A DNA stretch of 64,000 bases from Stagnimonas sp. (GCA_030696045.1 JAUYNO010000055.1:46175-110174); one strand, 5' to 3'; positions 27,630-37,560 are shown, numbered from the stretch's first letter. Numbers and translations are program-made. The notes: generated from the letters alone by a model not told the origin.

Positions 27630-28025
27630 ATGTCCGACCCGCTGTTTGGCGTCCACGCCACGGCGCTTTCGCTCGGGCGCCAGCGCATGGACGTGCTCGC
27701 CAGCAATCTGGCGAATGCCGACACCCCGCGCTATCTGGCGAAGGACATCGACTTCGAGCGCGCCCTCGCCGCCCAGACTGCGGTGGCCGACGCCGGCCGC
27801 CTGCAGACCAGCAGCCCGCTGCACCTGGCCACGGCCGCCGAGGGCGGCGGGCCGGAACAGGTCTGGCGCACACCCTTGCAGCCCTCGGCCGACGGCAACA
27901 CCGTCGACGCCCAGGTCGAGCAGGCCGCCTTCGCCGACGCGGCGATGCGCTACCAGGCCAGCCTGAACTTTCTCGATGGCCGGGTGCGCTCCCTGCTCAC
28001 CGCCATCACCGGACAAGGCGCATGA
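27630..28025 (+). CDS. flgB: Flagellar basal-body rod protein
   Basis: VLASNLANADTPRYLAKDIDF and DGNTVD motifs; GGAGG SD. Confidence 0.96.
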   Translation: MSDPLFGVHATALSLGRQRMDVLASNLANADTPRYLAKDIDFERALAAQTAVADAGRLQTSSPLHLATAAEGGGPEQVWRTPLQPSADGNTVDAQVEQAAFADAAMRYQASLNFLDGRVRSLLTAITGQGA

Positions 28026-28408
28026 GCCGCTTCCCGATCTTCGACATCGCCGGCTCGGCGCTGGCGGCGCAGTCGGTGCGGCTCAATGCCACCGCGTCCA
28101 ACCTCGCCAATGCCAACAACCTCGCCGGCTCGCCGGAAGCGGTCTACCGCGCCCACGAGCCAGTGTTCCAGAGCGTGGACGGCGGCGTGCGGGTGCAGGA
28201 GGTGCGCGAGGACCAGAGCGCGCCGCAGAAGCTCTACCAGCCCGGTCATCCGCTCGCCGATGCCGAGGGCTATGTCTACGCGCCCAACGTCAACGTCGTC
28301 GAGGAGATGGTCAACATGATCTCCGCCTCGCGCAGCTACCAGAGCAACATCGAGGTGTTCAACACCACCAAGGATCTGGCGATGCGCACGCTCTCGCTCG
28401 GCAAATAA
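28022..28408 (+). CDS. flgC: Flagellar basal-body rod protein
   Basis: ATG 28022; FDIAGSALAAQSVRLN...NLANA, PGHPLADAEGYVYAPNVNVVEEM. Confidence 0.96.
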   Translation: MSRFPIFDIAGSALAAQSVRLNATASNLANANNLAGSPEAVYRAHEPVFQSVDGGVRVQEVREDQSAPQKLYQPGHPLADAEGYVYAPNVNVVEEMVNMISASRSYQSNIEVFNTTKDLAMRTLSLGK

Positions 28409-28419
28409 AGGACTGTCCA

Positions 28420-29079
28420 ATGACCACCGCCGTCAGCAGCTACGAATCCCTCGGGCTCGCCTCCGCCTCGCAGCGGGTCAAGAAGAACGAGATCGGCCAG
28501 GACGATTTCCTCAAATTGATGACCACCCAGCTGCAGGCGCAGGACCCGTTCAAGCCCATGGACTCCAGCCAGTTCCTGGGCCAGATCGCGCAGTTCTCGC
28601 AGGTCTCGGGCCTGCAGGCGCTGAACACTTCCTTCGAGAACCTGGCCAGCAGCCTGAGCGACAACCAGACCCTGCAGGGCGCCTCCCTGGTCGGCCGCGA
28701 GGTACTGGCGGCCAGCGACCGGGTCACGGTCGCCGCCGACGGCGGCGCCGAGGGCGCCATCGTGGTGCCGCAGGCCGGCTGGCTGACGCTGGAGTTGGTC
28801 GACGCCAGCGGCCAGACCGTGCGCCAGCTCGACCTCGGCAAGCAGGCGGCCGGCGTCAGCGACTTCAGCTGGGACGGCCTCGATGCCAACGGTGCCCATG
28901 TCGCCGCCGGCAACTACAGCCTGCGCGCCAGCCTGCGTGGCGACGACGGCAGCAACATCGCCACCAGCACCTATGTCAGCGGCCTGGTGCGCGGGGTCGC
29001 GCCCAGTAGCTCCGGCCTGCAACTCGACGTGACCGGGCTCGGCTCGCTGTCGCTGTCGCAGGTCGCCCGGATTCAGTAG
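28420..29079 (+). CDS. flgD: Flagellar hook capping protein
   Basis: ATG 28420; GQDDFLKLMTTQLQAQDPFKPMD motif. Confidence 0.95.
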   Translation: MTTAVSSYESLGLASASQRVKKNEIGQDDFLKLMTTQLQAQDPFKPMDSSQFLGQIAQFSQVSGLQALNTSFENLASSLSDNQTLQGASLVGREVLAASDRVTVAADGGAEGAIVVPQAGWLTLELVDASGQTVRQLDLGKQAAGVSDFSWDGLDANGAHVAAGNYSLRASLRGDDGSNIATSTYVSGLVRGVAPSSSGLQLDVTGLGSLSLSQVARIQ

Positions 29080-29115
29080 TCCAGTAGTCCATCCCCTTCC
29101 CCCACGGAGGCACCC

Positions 29116-30333
29116 ATGTCCTTCAACGTCGCCCTCAGCGGTCTCAACGCCGCTTCCGCCGATCTCAATGTCACCGCCAACAACATCGCCAACGCCAACA
29201 CCAGCGGCTTCAAGAGCGCGCGTGCCGAGTTCGGCGATGTGTTCGCTTCCACCGCCTATGGCCTGTCGAAGATCGCGACCGGCAATGGCTCGCGCCTGCA
29301 GGACATCCGCCAGCAGTTCAAGCAGGGCAACATCAACTACACCGAGAACACCCTCGACCTCGCGGTGAGCGGCGAAGGCTTCTTCACCGTCCGCGATGGC
29401 AGCGGCATCGCCTATACCCGGGCCGGCGCTTTCGGCGCCAACCGCGACGGCTATGTCACCAACAACAGCGGCCAGCGCCTGCAGGTGTTCCCGCCGCTGG
29501 CCTCGGGCGCCTTCGATACCGCCAACCTGAGCGACCTGCGGCTGTCCACCGCCGACAGCGCGCCGAAGGCCAGCGGCCTGCTGGAAGTGGTCGCCAACCT
29601 GCCGGCCAGCGCCAGCGTACCGACCACGACCCCGTTCTCGGCGACCGATCCGACCAGTTACAACCAGGCCACCTCGGTGACGCTGTACGACTCGCTGGGG
29701 GCCTCGCACAGCGCCAATCTCTACTTCGTCAAGGGCGCCGCCGCCGGCGCCTGGGACGTGCAGGTGACCGTCGACGGCGCCAGCGCCGGCACGGCGCAGA
29801 CCCTGCAATTCGACAGTGCCGGCGCGCTGACCACGCCCGTCGGCGGCCAGCTGACGCTGCCCGCGGTGACCATGGCCAACGGCGCCGCCGATCTCAATCT
29901 CACGCTCGACATGGACAGCCTGAGCCAGTACGGCGATACCTTCAGCGTCTCGCGCCTGACCCAGGACGGTTACGCCACCGGCAGCCTCACCGGCCTCGAC
30001 ATCAGCGAGGACGGCATCGTCGAAGGCCGCTACTCCAACGGCCAGTCGGTCGCGCTCGGCCAGGTGGCAATGGCCAACTTCAGCAATCCCAACGGCCTCA
30101 AGAAGCTCGGCGACAGCGCCTGGTCGGAGACCATGGATTCAGGGCCGGTGCTGCGCGGCAGCGCCGGTGCCGGCAGCTTCGGCCAGTTGCAGTCGGGCGC
30201 CCTGGAAGCCAGCAACGTCGATCTCACCGCCCAGCTGGTCAACATGATCACCGCGCAGCGCAACTTCCAGGCGAACGCGCAGATGATCCAGACCAGCGAC
30301 GCCATCACCCAAACCATCATCAACATCCGCTAA
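29116..30333 (+). CDS. flgE: Flagellar hook protein
   Basis: MSFNVALSGL...ANNIANANTSGFK, YTRAGAF, LEASNVDLTAQLVNMITAQRNFQANAQ. Confidence 0.97.
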   Translation: MSFNVALSGLNAASADLNVTANNIANANTSGFKSARAEFGDVFASTAYGLSKIATGNGSRLQDIRQQFKQGNINYTENTLDLAVSGEGFFTVRDGSGIAYTRAGAFGANRDGYVTNNSGQRLQVFPPLASGAFDTANLSDLRLSTADSAPKASGLLEVVANLPASASVPTTTPFSATDPTSYNQATSVTLYDSLGASHSANLYFVKGAAAGAWDVQVTVDGASAGTAQTLQFDSAGALTTPVGGQLTLPAVTMANGAADLNLTLDMDSLSQYGDTFSVSRLTQDGYATGSLTGLDISEDGIVEGRYSNGQSVALGQVAMANFSNPNGLKKLGDSAWSETMDSGPVLRGSAGAGSFGQLQSGALEASNVDLTAQLVNMITAQRNFQANAQMIQTSDAITQTIINIR

Positions 30334-31073
30334 TGGATCGCGCCCTCTACGTTGCTCTCTCCGGTGCCGCGCAAACCCTGCGCGCACAGGCGGCGAACAA
30401 CCACAACCTGGCCAACGCGAGCACCACGGCCTTCCGCGCCGAACTGGTGGTGGCGGATGGCGCGGCGGTGACCGGCGAGGGCTTCGACAGCCGGGTGCAG
30501 GCGCGCAACTACGACGTCGGGCTCGACAGCCGCGCCGGGTCGATGATCAGCACCGGCCGCGACCTCGACATCGCCCTGCGCGACGACGGCTGGCTGGCGG
30601 TGCAGACCGCCGACGGCCGCGAGGCCTATACCCGCGCCGGCGACCTCCAGGTCGACGCCGAGGGTGTCCTGCGCACCGGGGGCGGCCTGGAAGTGCTGGG
30701 CGAGGGCGGGCCGATCAGCCTGCCGGCCTCTTCCAGCATCGCCATCGGCGCCGATGGCAGCGTCTCGGCAGTGCCGCTGGGCCAGACCGGTGCCGTCGCC
30801 AGCACCGTTGGCCGCCTGAAGGTGGTTGCCGCCAGCACCACCCAACTGGAACGGGGTAGCGACGGACTCTACTTCGCCCGCGAAGGCGTGACGCTGGAGA
30901 GCAAGAGCGGCACGACCGTCACCGCCGGCATGCTGGAAAGCTCGAATGTGAACGTCGCCGAGGCGATGGTGAACATGATCGAGCTGGCGCGGAATTTCGA
31001 GTTGCAGACCCGGGCGATGAAATCCGCCGACGAAAATGCCCAGCAGGCCTCCACCCTGCTGCGCATGAAGTAA
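30333..31073 (+). CDS. flgF: Flagellar basal-body rod protein
   Basis: MDRALYVALSGA, TGRDLDIAL...GWLAVQ, LESSNVNVAEAMVNMIELARNFELQ; length and motifs fit FlgF rather than FlgG. Confidence 0.92.
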   Translation: MDRALYVALSGAAQTLRAQAANNHNLANASTTAFRAELVVADGAAVTGEGFDSRVQARNYDVGLDSRAGSMISTGRDLDIALRDDGWLAVQTADGREAYTRAGDLQVDAEGVLRTGGGLEVLGEGGPISLPASSSIAIGADGSVSAVPLGQTGAVASTVGRLKVVAASTTQLERGSDGLYFAREGVTLESKSGTTVTAGMLESSNVNVAEAMVNMIELARNFELQTRAMKSADENAQQASTLLRMK

Positions 31074-31085
31074 GGAGACGCCGCC

Positions 31086-32924
31086 ATGGCCGACATCCTC
31101 AACATCGGCACCTCGGCCCTGCTGGCGGCCCAGCGCGGCCTCGATGTCACCGGCCACAACGTCGCCAACGTCAACACGCCCAACTATTCGCGCCAGCGCA
31201 TCGAGCAGTCGTCGCGGCCGGGCGGCCTGCTCAGCGGTGGCGTCAACGTCGATCTCACCCGCCGGCTCAACGATGCCCTGCTGGAGACCCGCCTGGTCCG
31301 TGGCGGCACCGAGACCGCGCGACTGAGCACCTTCGACAGCCTGGCGCAACGTGTCGACGGCCTGCTGTCGGACCCCGATTCCGGTCTGGGCGGCAGCCTG
31401 GACAGCTTCTTTTCCTCGCTCTCGCAGCTCGCCGCCGACCCGGCCTCGACCGCCACCCGGCAGTCGGTGCTGGGCCAGGCCCAGGGCCTGGTCAGCCGCT
31501 TCAACAGCCTGCATGGCGAGCTAAGCGCGCTCGACAGCGAGATCGACCAGCGCCTCAACCTGGCGGTGGACGAACTCAACAGCAAGACCACGGCCCTGGC
31601 CCAGCTCAATCACCGGATCGCCACCGCCGGCGCCGCCCCCACCAACGAGCTGCTCGACGCCCGCGACCAGCTGGTGCAGGAAATCGCCGCCCAGCTCGGC
31701 GTCAGCACGGTGGAGCAGGACGACGGCAGCCTCAATGTCTTCAGCGGCTCCGGCCAGCCCCTGGTGGTCGGCAACCGCAGCATTCCACTCGCGGTCGGCA
31801 GCGATGCCTTCCGCCCCAATCGCGCCGATCTCAGCGGTGCCGGCAAGCTGTCGGGCGGCGCCATCGGCGGCCTGCTCGACGCCCGCCGCGAGCTGATCGA
31901 CCCGGCGCTGGAAAAACTCGGCCGCGTCGCGGTCGCCATCAGCAGCCAGGTCAACAGCATGCAGGCCCAGGGCGCGACCCTGGATGGCAGCGCCGGCGCG
32001 GCGATGTTCACCGCCCTCGACGGCAGTGCCCTGCCCGCCACCAACAACACCGGTAACGCCCAACTCGGGCTCCGCATCAGCGACAGCAGCGCGCTCACCG
32101 GCGGCGACTATCTGCTGCGCTACAGCGGCGGTAGCTGGCAGCTGAGCCGGGCCAGCAGCGGCGAGGCGGTGAGCCTGACCGGCAGCGGCACCGCCGCCGA
32201 TCCCTACACTGCCGAGGGCCTGTCGTTCACCGTCAGCGGCAGTGCCGCCGACGGCGACCGCTTCCGCCTGTCGCCGGCGCGCGAGGCGGCCGGCGCCCTG
32301 CAACTGAGTCTGAGCGATCCGCGCGGCCTGGCCGCCGCCGGCCGACTGAACGCCAGTGCCAGCCTGGGCAACAGCAATGGCGCCCGGATCGGCAGCGTCG
32401 CCGTCACCGAGCCCGGCAATGCCGCGCTGAGCACTCCGGTCAGCATCCGCTTCACCAGCGCCAGCAGCTATTCCATCGACGGCGGCCCGGACATCGCCTG
32501 GAGCAGCGGCCAGAGCATCAGTGCCAACGGCTGGAGCCTGAGCCTGCAGGGCAGCCCGGCCGCGGGCGACAGCTTCGGCATCCGCCCCACGGCTGCCGGC
32601 AGCAGCGACAACCGCAATGCCCAGAGCCTGGCCGGACTATCCACCGCCAAGCTGCTCGACGGCGGGCGCAGCAGCCTGGTCAGCGCCCACAGCGCCCTGG
32701 TCACCCAGATCGGCAGCACCAGCCAGCGCGCCCAGATCGCGAAAACCGCCGCCGAGGCACTGCAAACGCAGGCCCAGGGCGAGCGTGACTCGCTGTCCGG
32801 CGTCAATCTCGACGAAGAGGCCGCCAATCTGATCCGCTACCAGCAGGCCTACCAGGCCGCGGCGCAGGTGATCGCCACCGCCAGCGCCGTGTTCGACTCG
32901 CTGCTGTCGGCGGCAAGGAGCTAG
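31086..32924 (+). CDS. flgK: Flagellar hook-associated protein 1
   Basis: GHNVANVNTPNYSRQ N-terminus; SGVNLDEEAANLIRYQQAYQAAAQVI C-terminus. Confidence 0.96.
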   Translation: MADILNIGTSALLAAQRGLDVTGHNVANVNTPNYSRQRIEQSSRPGGLLSGGVNVDLTRRLNDALLETRLVRGGTETARLSTFDSLAQRVDGLLSDPDSGLGGSLDSFFSSLSQLAADPASTATRQSVLGQAQGLVSRFNSLHGELSALDSEIDQRLNLAVDELNSKTTALAQLNHRIATAGAAPTNELLDARDQLVQEIAAQLGVSTVEQDDGSLNVFSGSGQPLVVGNRSIPLAVGSDAFRPNRADLSGAGKLSGGAIGGLLDARRELIDPALEKLGRVAVAISSQVNSMQAQGATLDGSAGAAMFTALDGSALPATNNTGNAQLGLRISDSSALTGGDYLLRYSGGSWQLSRASSGEAVSLTGSGTAADPYTAEGLSFTVSGSAADGDRFRLSPAREAAGALQLSLSDPRGLAAAGRLNASASLGNSNGARIGSVAVTEPGNAALSTPVSIRFTSASSYSIDGGPDIAWSSGQSISANGWSLSLQGSPAAGDSFGIRPTAAGSSDNRNAQSLAGLSTAKLLDGGRSSLVSAHSALVTQIGSTSQRAQIAKTAAEALQTQAQGERDSLSGVNLDEEAANLIRYQQAYQAAAQVIATASAVFDSLLSAARS

Positions 32925-32926
32925 CG

Positions 32927-34105
32927 ATGAGAGTCTCGACCATGGGCCTGCACAACCTCAGCGTCGCCCGCATGCTGGCGCAGCAGAGCGAGCTGGCGCG
33001 CACCCAGGAGCAGGTCAGCTCGCAGCAGAGATTCCGTACCGCCGGCGAGAACCCCGCCGGCATGGCGCAGGTGCTGAGCCTGGAGAGTGCCCAGTCCGAG
33101 CACGCGCGGCTGGCCGACAACGCCGGCAGCCTGCGGCACCGGCTGTCGGCCGAGGAATCGGCGCTCGACAGTATCGACGACACCCTCAACCGCGTCCGCG
33201 AACTGGCGGTGCAGGCCAATAGCGGCGCCCTCACCAGTGCCGACCGCGCCCAGATCGCCAGCGAGATGGAGCAGCAGTACGCGCGCCTGGTCGATCTCGC
33301 CAATGGCGACGATGGCACCGGCCGCCACCTGTTCGCCGGCACCCAGGACGGCGCCCCACCCTTCGCGCTGTCGGCCAGTGGCGTCAGCTACAGCGGCGAC
33401 CAGCAGCAACGCCTGCTCGCGGTCGGCAGCGGCGCGCGCATGAGCGATGGCGATTCCGGCGATGCCGTGTTCCTGCGGCTGGACGGTGGTCTGCAGGCCC
33501 AGGTGCCGGGCAGCAATACCGGCACGCTCGCGGTCAGCACCGTGACCGCGACCGGCGGCAATGCCGCCGCGCTGAACCTGAGTTTCAGCAACGGCCAGTA
33601 CGAAGCCCGCGACGGCGCCGGCGCCCTGGTACAGAGCGGCAGCTACAGCGCCGGCCAGACCCTGGAGCTGCCCGGCGTCCGCCTGAAGCTGAATGGCAGC
33701 CCGGCCGACGGCGACAGCCTCAGCCTCGCGCCGGCCGGCAACCAGGATCTGTTCAGCCGCGTGCGCTCCCTGATCGACGCCGCGAAGGCGACCGGCGCCG
33801 GCACCAGCGCCGAGCGTGCGCAGACGCAGAGCCGCTACAACCAGTCACTCGCCGGACTCGACACCGGCATGGATCACATTTCCTCGGTGCGGGCCTCGGT
33901 CGGCACCCGGCTGGCGACGCTGGACGATGTCGACAGCCAGCTGAGCGCGCTCGACCTGCAGCTGCAGTCGACGCTGTCTGACGTGCGCGACCTCGACTAC
34001 GCCGAGGCGATCAGCCGCCTGCAGATGCAGACCACCAGCCTGGAGGCGGCGCAGGCGGTGTTCGCCAAGGTGCAGGGCTTGTCGCTGTTCAACTACATCC
34101 GGTAA
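32927..34105 (+). CDS. flgL: Flagellar hook-associated protein 3
   Basis: MRVST N-terminus, HLFAGT, RASVGTRL, DLDYAEAIS, LSLFNYI. Confidence 0.95.
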   Translation: MRVSTMGLHNLSVARMLAQQSELARTQEQVSSQQRFRTAGENPAGMAQVLSLESAQSEHARLADNAGSLRHRLSAEESALDSIDDTLNRVRELAVQANSGALTSADRAQIASEMEQQYARLVDLANGDDGTGRHLFAGTQDGAPPFALSASGVSYSGDQQQRLLAVGSGARMSDGDSGDAVFLRLDGGLQAQVPGSNTGTLAVSTVTATGGNAAALNLSFSNGQYEARDGAGALVQSGSYSAGQTLELPGVRLKLNGSPADGDSLSLAPAGNQDLFSRVRSLIDAAKATGAGTSAERAQTQSRYNQSLAGLDTGMDHISSVRASVGTRLATLDDVDSQLSALDLQLQSTLSDVRDLDYAEAISRLQMQTTSLEAAQAVFAKVQGLSLFNYIR

Positions 34106-34113
34106 GCGCCCAG

Positions 34114-34140
34114 AAAAAAGCCCCGCAGCGCGGGGCTCTG
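34114..34140 (-). terminator. Terminator between convergent flgL and OmpA-family gene
   Basis: AAAAAAGCCCCGC-AGC-GCGGGGCT: GC stem with a U-tract on the minus strand. Confidence 0.75.
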
Positions 34141-34150
34141 TTGCTGCGTG

Positions 34151-34843
34151 TCAGCCACCCAAGTAGGGCGGCGGCGTCCAGGCCGACTGCTCGTTGCCCT
34201 CGACCACCGCCTTGATGACGATGTCGACCCGGCGGTTGCGCGGCTCGGCGACGCCATCGGCGGTGCGCAGCAGCAGCTCGCGCTCGCCCCGCCCTTCCTC
34301 GCGGATGCGGCCGGCTGGCAGGCCCTGGCTGGCCAGGTAGCTGCTGACGCTGGCGGCGCGCTGCTCCGACAGGCTCTGGTTGTAGGCGGTGCTGCCGACG
34401 GTGTCGGTGTGGCCGACGACGTGGATCACGGTCTTGTCGAAACTCTGCAGGGTGCTGGCGATCTTGGCGAAGGTCGCGAGCGCCGGGCCCGAGAGCTGGG
34501 CCGAGCCGGTGTCGAAGGAGACATCGCTGGCAACACCGATCTTCAGGGTATTGGCATCCAGCTGGGTGATGACCAGCTCCTTGCGGCGGGCCTCCTCGGC
34601 CAGCTTGGCTTCCAGCTCGCGGCGCTGCTTGTCCATGTAGTTGCCGACCGCGCCACCGGCGATGGCGCCGACCACGGCGCCGACGATGGGCGCGCCGTCG
34701 GCGCCGCTGACCTGGCGGCCGATGACGCCGCCCAGCACGGCACCGACACCGGTGCCGATCTTGGCATCGCGGTTGGGATCGCCGGCGCAACCCGCGAGCG
34801 TGGCGAGCGCCAGCACGAGGGCAAGAGGCTTGAGTGGCTGCAT
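34151..34843 (-). CDS. OmpA-family lipoprotein (YiaD-like, glycine zipper)
   Basis: ATG 34843; lipobox LAGC; GAVLGGVIG/GAIAGGAVG glycine zipper; OmpA domain (GHTD, NQSLSEQRA, NRRVDI). Confidence 0.92.
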   Translation of the reverse strand: MQPLKPLALVLALATLAGCAGDPNRDAKIGTGVGAVLGGVIGRQVSGADGAPIVGAVVGAIAGGAVGNYMDKQRRELEAKLAEEARRKELVITQLDANTLKIGVASDVSFDTGSAQLSGPALATFAKIASTLQSFDKTVIHVVGHTDTVGSTAYNQSLSEQRAASVSSYLASQGLPAGRIREEGRGERELLLRTADGVAEPRNRRVDIVIKAVVEGNEQSAWTPPPYLGG

Positions 34844-34847
34844 GGAA

Positions 34848-37532
34848 CTATCTCCGTCTTTTCTTGGAGCGTCCGGCGGGCCCGGACGCGGTCTTGGACT
34901 TCGGCTTCGGAGCCGGCGCAGGGCCAGGCTTCGATGAGCGCGAGTCTTGCCGTCGCGGCTGAATCGGCTCTGAACCGCGCGGCGCGCCGGCGCCGGCCTT
35001 GCCGGCCGGCAGCAGGTCGATCTTGCGTTCCTCCAGATTGACCCGCACCACCTGCACCCGGATCGGCTGGCCCAGGGCATAGCGGTGACCGCTGCGGCGA
35101 CCGACCAGGTGCTGGGCCTTGGGATCGAACTGGTAGGGCTCGTCGCCCAGCGCCGAGATATGCACCAGGCCCTCGATGTACAGGCCGCTGAGATCGACGA
35201 AGGCGCCAAAGCTGGTGACGGCGCTGATGACGCCCTCGAACACCTCGCCGACGCGGTGGCTCATGAACTCGCACTTGAGCCAGCTCGAAACGTCGCGGGT
35301 GGCCTCGTCGGCGCGCCGCTCGGTCATCGAGCAGTGCAGGCCCAGGGCCTCGATCTGCTCGTAGCTGTAGGTGAAGTTCTTCGGCTTGCGCCGCTTGACC
35401 ACGTGCTTCACCGCCCGGTGCAGCAGCAGGTCGGGATAGCGGCGGATCGGCGAGGTGAAGTGCGCGTAATGCTCCAGTGCCAGGCCGAAGTGGCCGAGCG
35501 GCTCCGGCGCGTAACGCGCCTGCGCCATGGTGCGCAGGATCATCATGTGGATCAGGCCGGTGTCGGGCCGGCCGCGCGCCGCCTCGGTCACTGCCGCGAA
35601 GTCCTTGGCCTGCGGGTCGTCGCCGCCGCCGAGCGTCAGCGCCCGGCCGGCCAGGAAGTCCTTCAGCATCACCACCCGCTGCGGGTCCGGACGCTCGTGC
35701 ACGCGGTGCAGGGCCGGAGTCTCGCGGCTGCTGACGAACTTCGCGGCCTCGATGTTGGCGGCGATCATGCATTCCTCGATCAGCCGGTGCGCGCGGGTGC
35801 GCTGCACCGGCACGATGCGCTCGATCTTGCGGTCGTCGGTGAACTCGAACTTGGTTTCCTGGCCCTCGAAGTCGATGGCGCCACGCTTCTGGCGGGCCGC
35901 GAACAGCACCTCGAACACCGCATCGAGAGCCTGCAACTGCGGCAGCAGCTTGGCGTGGGCACGGGCCAGCTCGCCCTTGGGCTCGGCCAGCATCACCGAC
36001 ACGTCCTCGTAGATCAGCCGCGCCTGCGAGCACATGACCGCCTCGTAGAACTTGGCGGCGCTGACCGTGCCGTCCTTGTCCAGCTTCATGTCGCAGACCA
36101 GGCAGAGCCGGTCGACCTTGGGGTTGAGCGAGCAGAGGCCGTTCGACAGCGCTTCCGGCAGCATCGGGATGACCCGGCGCGGGAAGTAGACCGAGGTGCC
36201 GCGCTTGGTCGCCTCCTCATCCAGCGGCGTGCCCGGCTCGACATAGGCGGAGACATCGGCAATGGCGACCAGCAGGCGGTAACCGCCGCGCAGCGTTTCG
36301 GCATAGACCGCGTCGTCGTAGTCGCGGGCATCGACGCCGTCGATGGTGACCAGGGGCAACTTGCGCAGATCGACCCGGCCCTCGGTGTCGGCGGCGCGTA
36401 CTTCGGGCCCGAAGGCCTCGGCCTCACGCTCGACCTCGGCCGGAAACTCGTGCGGCAGGTCGTGGCGGCGCAGCGCGATCTCGATCTCCAGACCCGGGGC
36501 CAGGTGTTCGCCGACGACTTCGCTGACGCGGCCCGCCATCTGGTTGCGGCTGCCGGGCTGGCTGATGATCTCGGCCCGCACCACCTGGCCCTCGGTGGCG
36601 CCACCCAGATCGCCGGAGGCGATCGCCAGCTCGAAGGGCTGCGCCTTCTGGTTGTCGGGGGTCACCAGCCAGCGCCCCTGCTCGCGGCGCAGACGGCCGA
36701 CCACAAAGCGTGGCGCGGTGCTGAGCATGGTCAGGAATTCGCCGGACAGCCGGCCGTTGGCCTCGACCCCGACCAGTCGCACCTTCACCCGATCACCGGT
36801 CATCAGGCCGCGCATCTCGCGCTGCGGCAGGAACACGTCCTCGCCCGGGCCATCGACCACGACGAAGCCGAAGCCGTCGCGATGCGCCGAAACCCGGCCA
36901 CTCAGCTCGTCACCGACGGCGGGCGGCTTGCTGGGCTTGGCCGGAGTCGCCGCCGCAGGCCGCTTGGGCGCCGGCAGCGGCTTGTCCAGGACCGGCTTGG
37001 GCTCGCCAGCAGGAGGGCCACTGATCAGCCGCGACAGCGAAGACGCTGCGCTGCGGGCCGCCGCCATCATGCCGCTGGGCGGCTTCGGCGCGGTCGGCTT
37101 GGCCGGCTTGCCCGGAGCTGCCTTGGGCGCCGCGATCACCGCCGCTGGCGGCGGCACGAAGACCGGCGGGACCGGGGCTGCCCGAGGCGGCTCGGCCTGG
37201 GGCAGCGGCGTCGGGCTGCCGCCGGGTGCCGCCTCCAGCCGACCACGCCGGTCCAGCCTGACCTGACCGCTGCGGCCCAGTTCCAGCAGCCGGCGCTCCA
37301 GCGCGGTGTGCTCCGGCAGTTTCTTGAGCTTGAAGTAGCCGATCAGATCGTCCAGCGATCCGGGGTGCTGGCGCAGACGCGCCAGCACCGCCTCGGCGCT
37401 CGGGGTGCCGGAGCTGGCCTGGGACCGCGCCGGCGGTGGCCGCACGGAGGCGCTGTCCGAGGCTTTCCAGGGCTCGTCATAGGGCGTGCTGCCGGGGCGC
37501 GGGGGCGTGGAAGAAGAGGAACGTTTTTTCAT
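34848..37532 (-). CDS. rnr: Ribonuclease R
   Basis: Cold-shock domain HRDGFGF, RNB catalytic TIDGVDARDYDDA, HFTSPIRRYPDL, S1 domain and basic tail; long Pro/Ala-rich N-terminal extension. Confidence 0.97.
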   Translation of the reverse strand: MKKRSSSSTPPRPGSTPYDEPWKASDSASVRPPPARSQASSGTPSAEAVLARLRQHPGSLDDLIGYFKLKKLPEHTALERRLLELGRSGQVRLDRRGRLEAAPGGSPTPLPQAEPPRAAPVPPVFVPPPAAVIAAPKAAPGKPAKPTAPKPPSGMMAAARSAASSLSRLISGPPAGEPKPVLDKPLPAPKRPAAATPAKPSKPPAVGDELSGRVSAHRDGFGFVVVDGPGEDVFLPQREMRGLMTGDRVKVRLVGVEANGRLSGEFLTMLSTAPRFVVGRLRREQGRWLVTPDNQKAQPFELAIASGDLGGATEGQVVRAEIISQPGSRNQMAGRVSEVVGEHLAPGLEIEIALRRHDLPHEFPAEVEREAEAFGPEVRAADTEGRVDLRKLPLVTIDGVDARDYDDAVYAETLRGGYRLLVAIADVSAYVEPGTPLDEEATKRGTSVYFPRRVIPMLPEALSNGLCSLNPKVDRLCLVCDMKLDKDGTVSAAKFYEAVMCSQARLIYEDVSVMLAEPKGELARAHAKLLPQLQALDAVFEVLFAARQKRGAIDFEGQETKFEFTDDRKIERIVPVQRTRAHRLIEECMIAANIEAAKFVSSRETPALHRVHERPDPQRVVMLKDFLAGRALTLGGGDDPQAKDFAAVTEAARGRPDTGLIHMMILRTMAQARYAPEPLGHFGLALEHYAHFTSPIRRYPDLLLHRAVKHVVKRRKPKNFTYSYEQIEALGLHCSMTERRADEATRDVSSWLKCEFMSHRVGEVFEGVISAVTSFGAFVDLSGLYIEGLVHISALGDEPYQFDPKAQHLVGRRSGHRYALGQPIRVQVVRVNLEERKIDLLPAGKAGAGAPRGSEPIQPRRQDSRSSKPGPAPAPKPKSKTASGPAGRSKKRRR

Positions 37533-37560
37533 TGACAACGGGCGGCCTCGCCGCGATACT
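37532..37560 (+). promoter_or_regulatory. Sigma70 promoter of tRNA-Leu
   Basis: TTGACA (37532-37537)-N17-GATACT (37555-37560), followed by a GC-rich discriminator GCGCGCCC. Confidence 0.8.

Noticed and set aside
36900-37532. Pro/Ala-rich N-terminal extension of RNase R and similar low-complexity FliK region as novel domains
   Set aside because: Low-complexity linkers are common in these proteins in high-GC bacteria; no repeat unit or motif was found.
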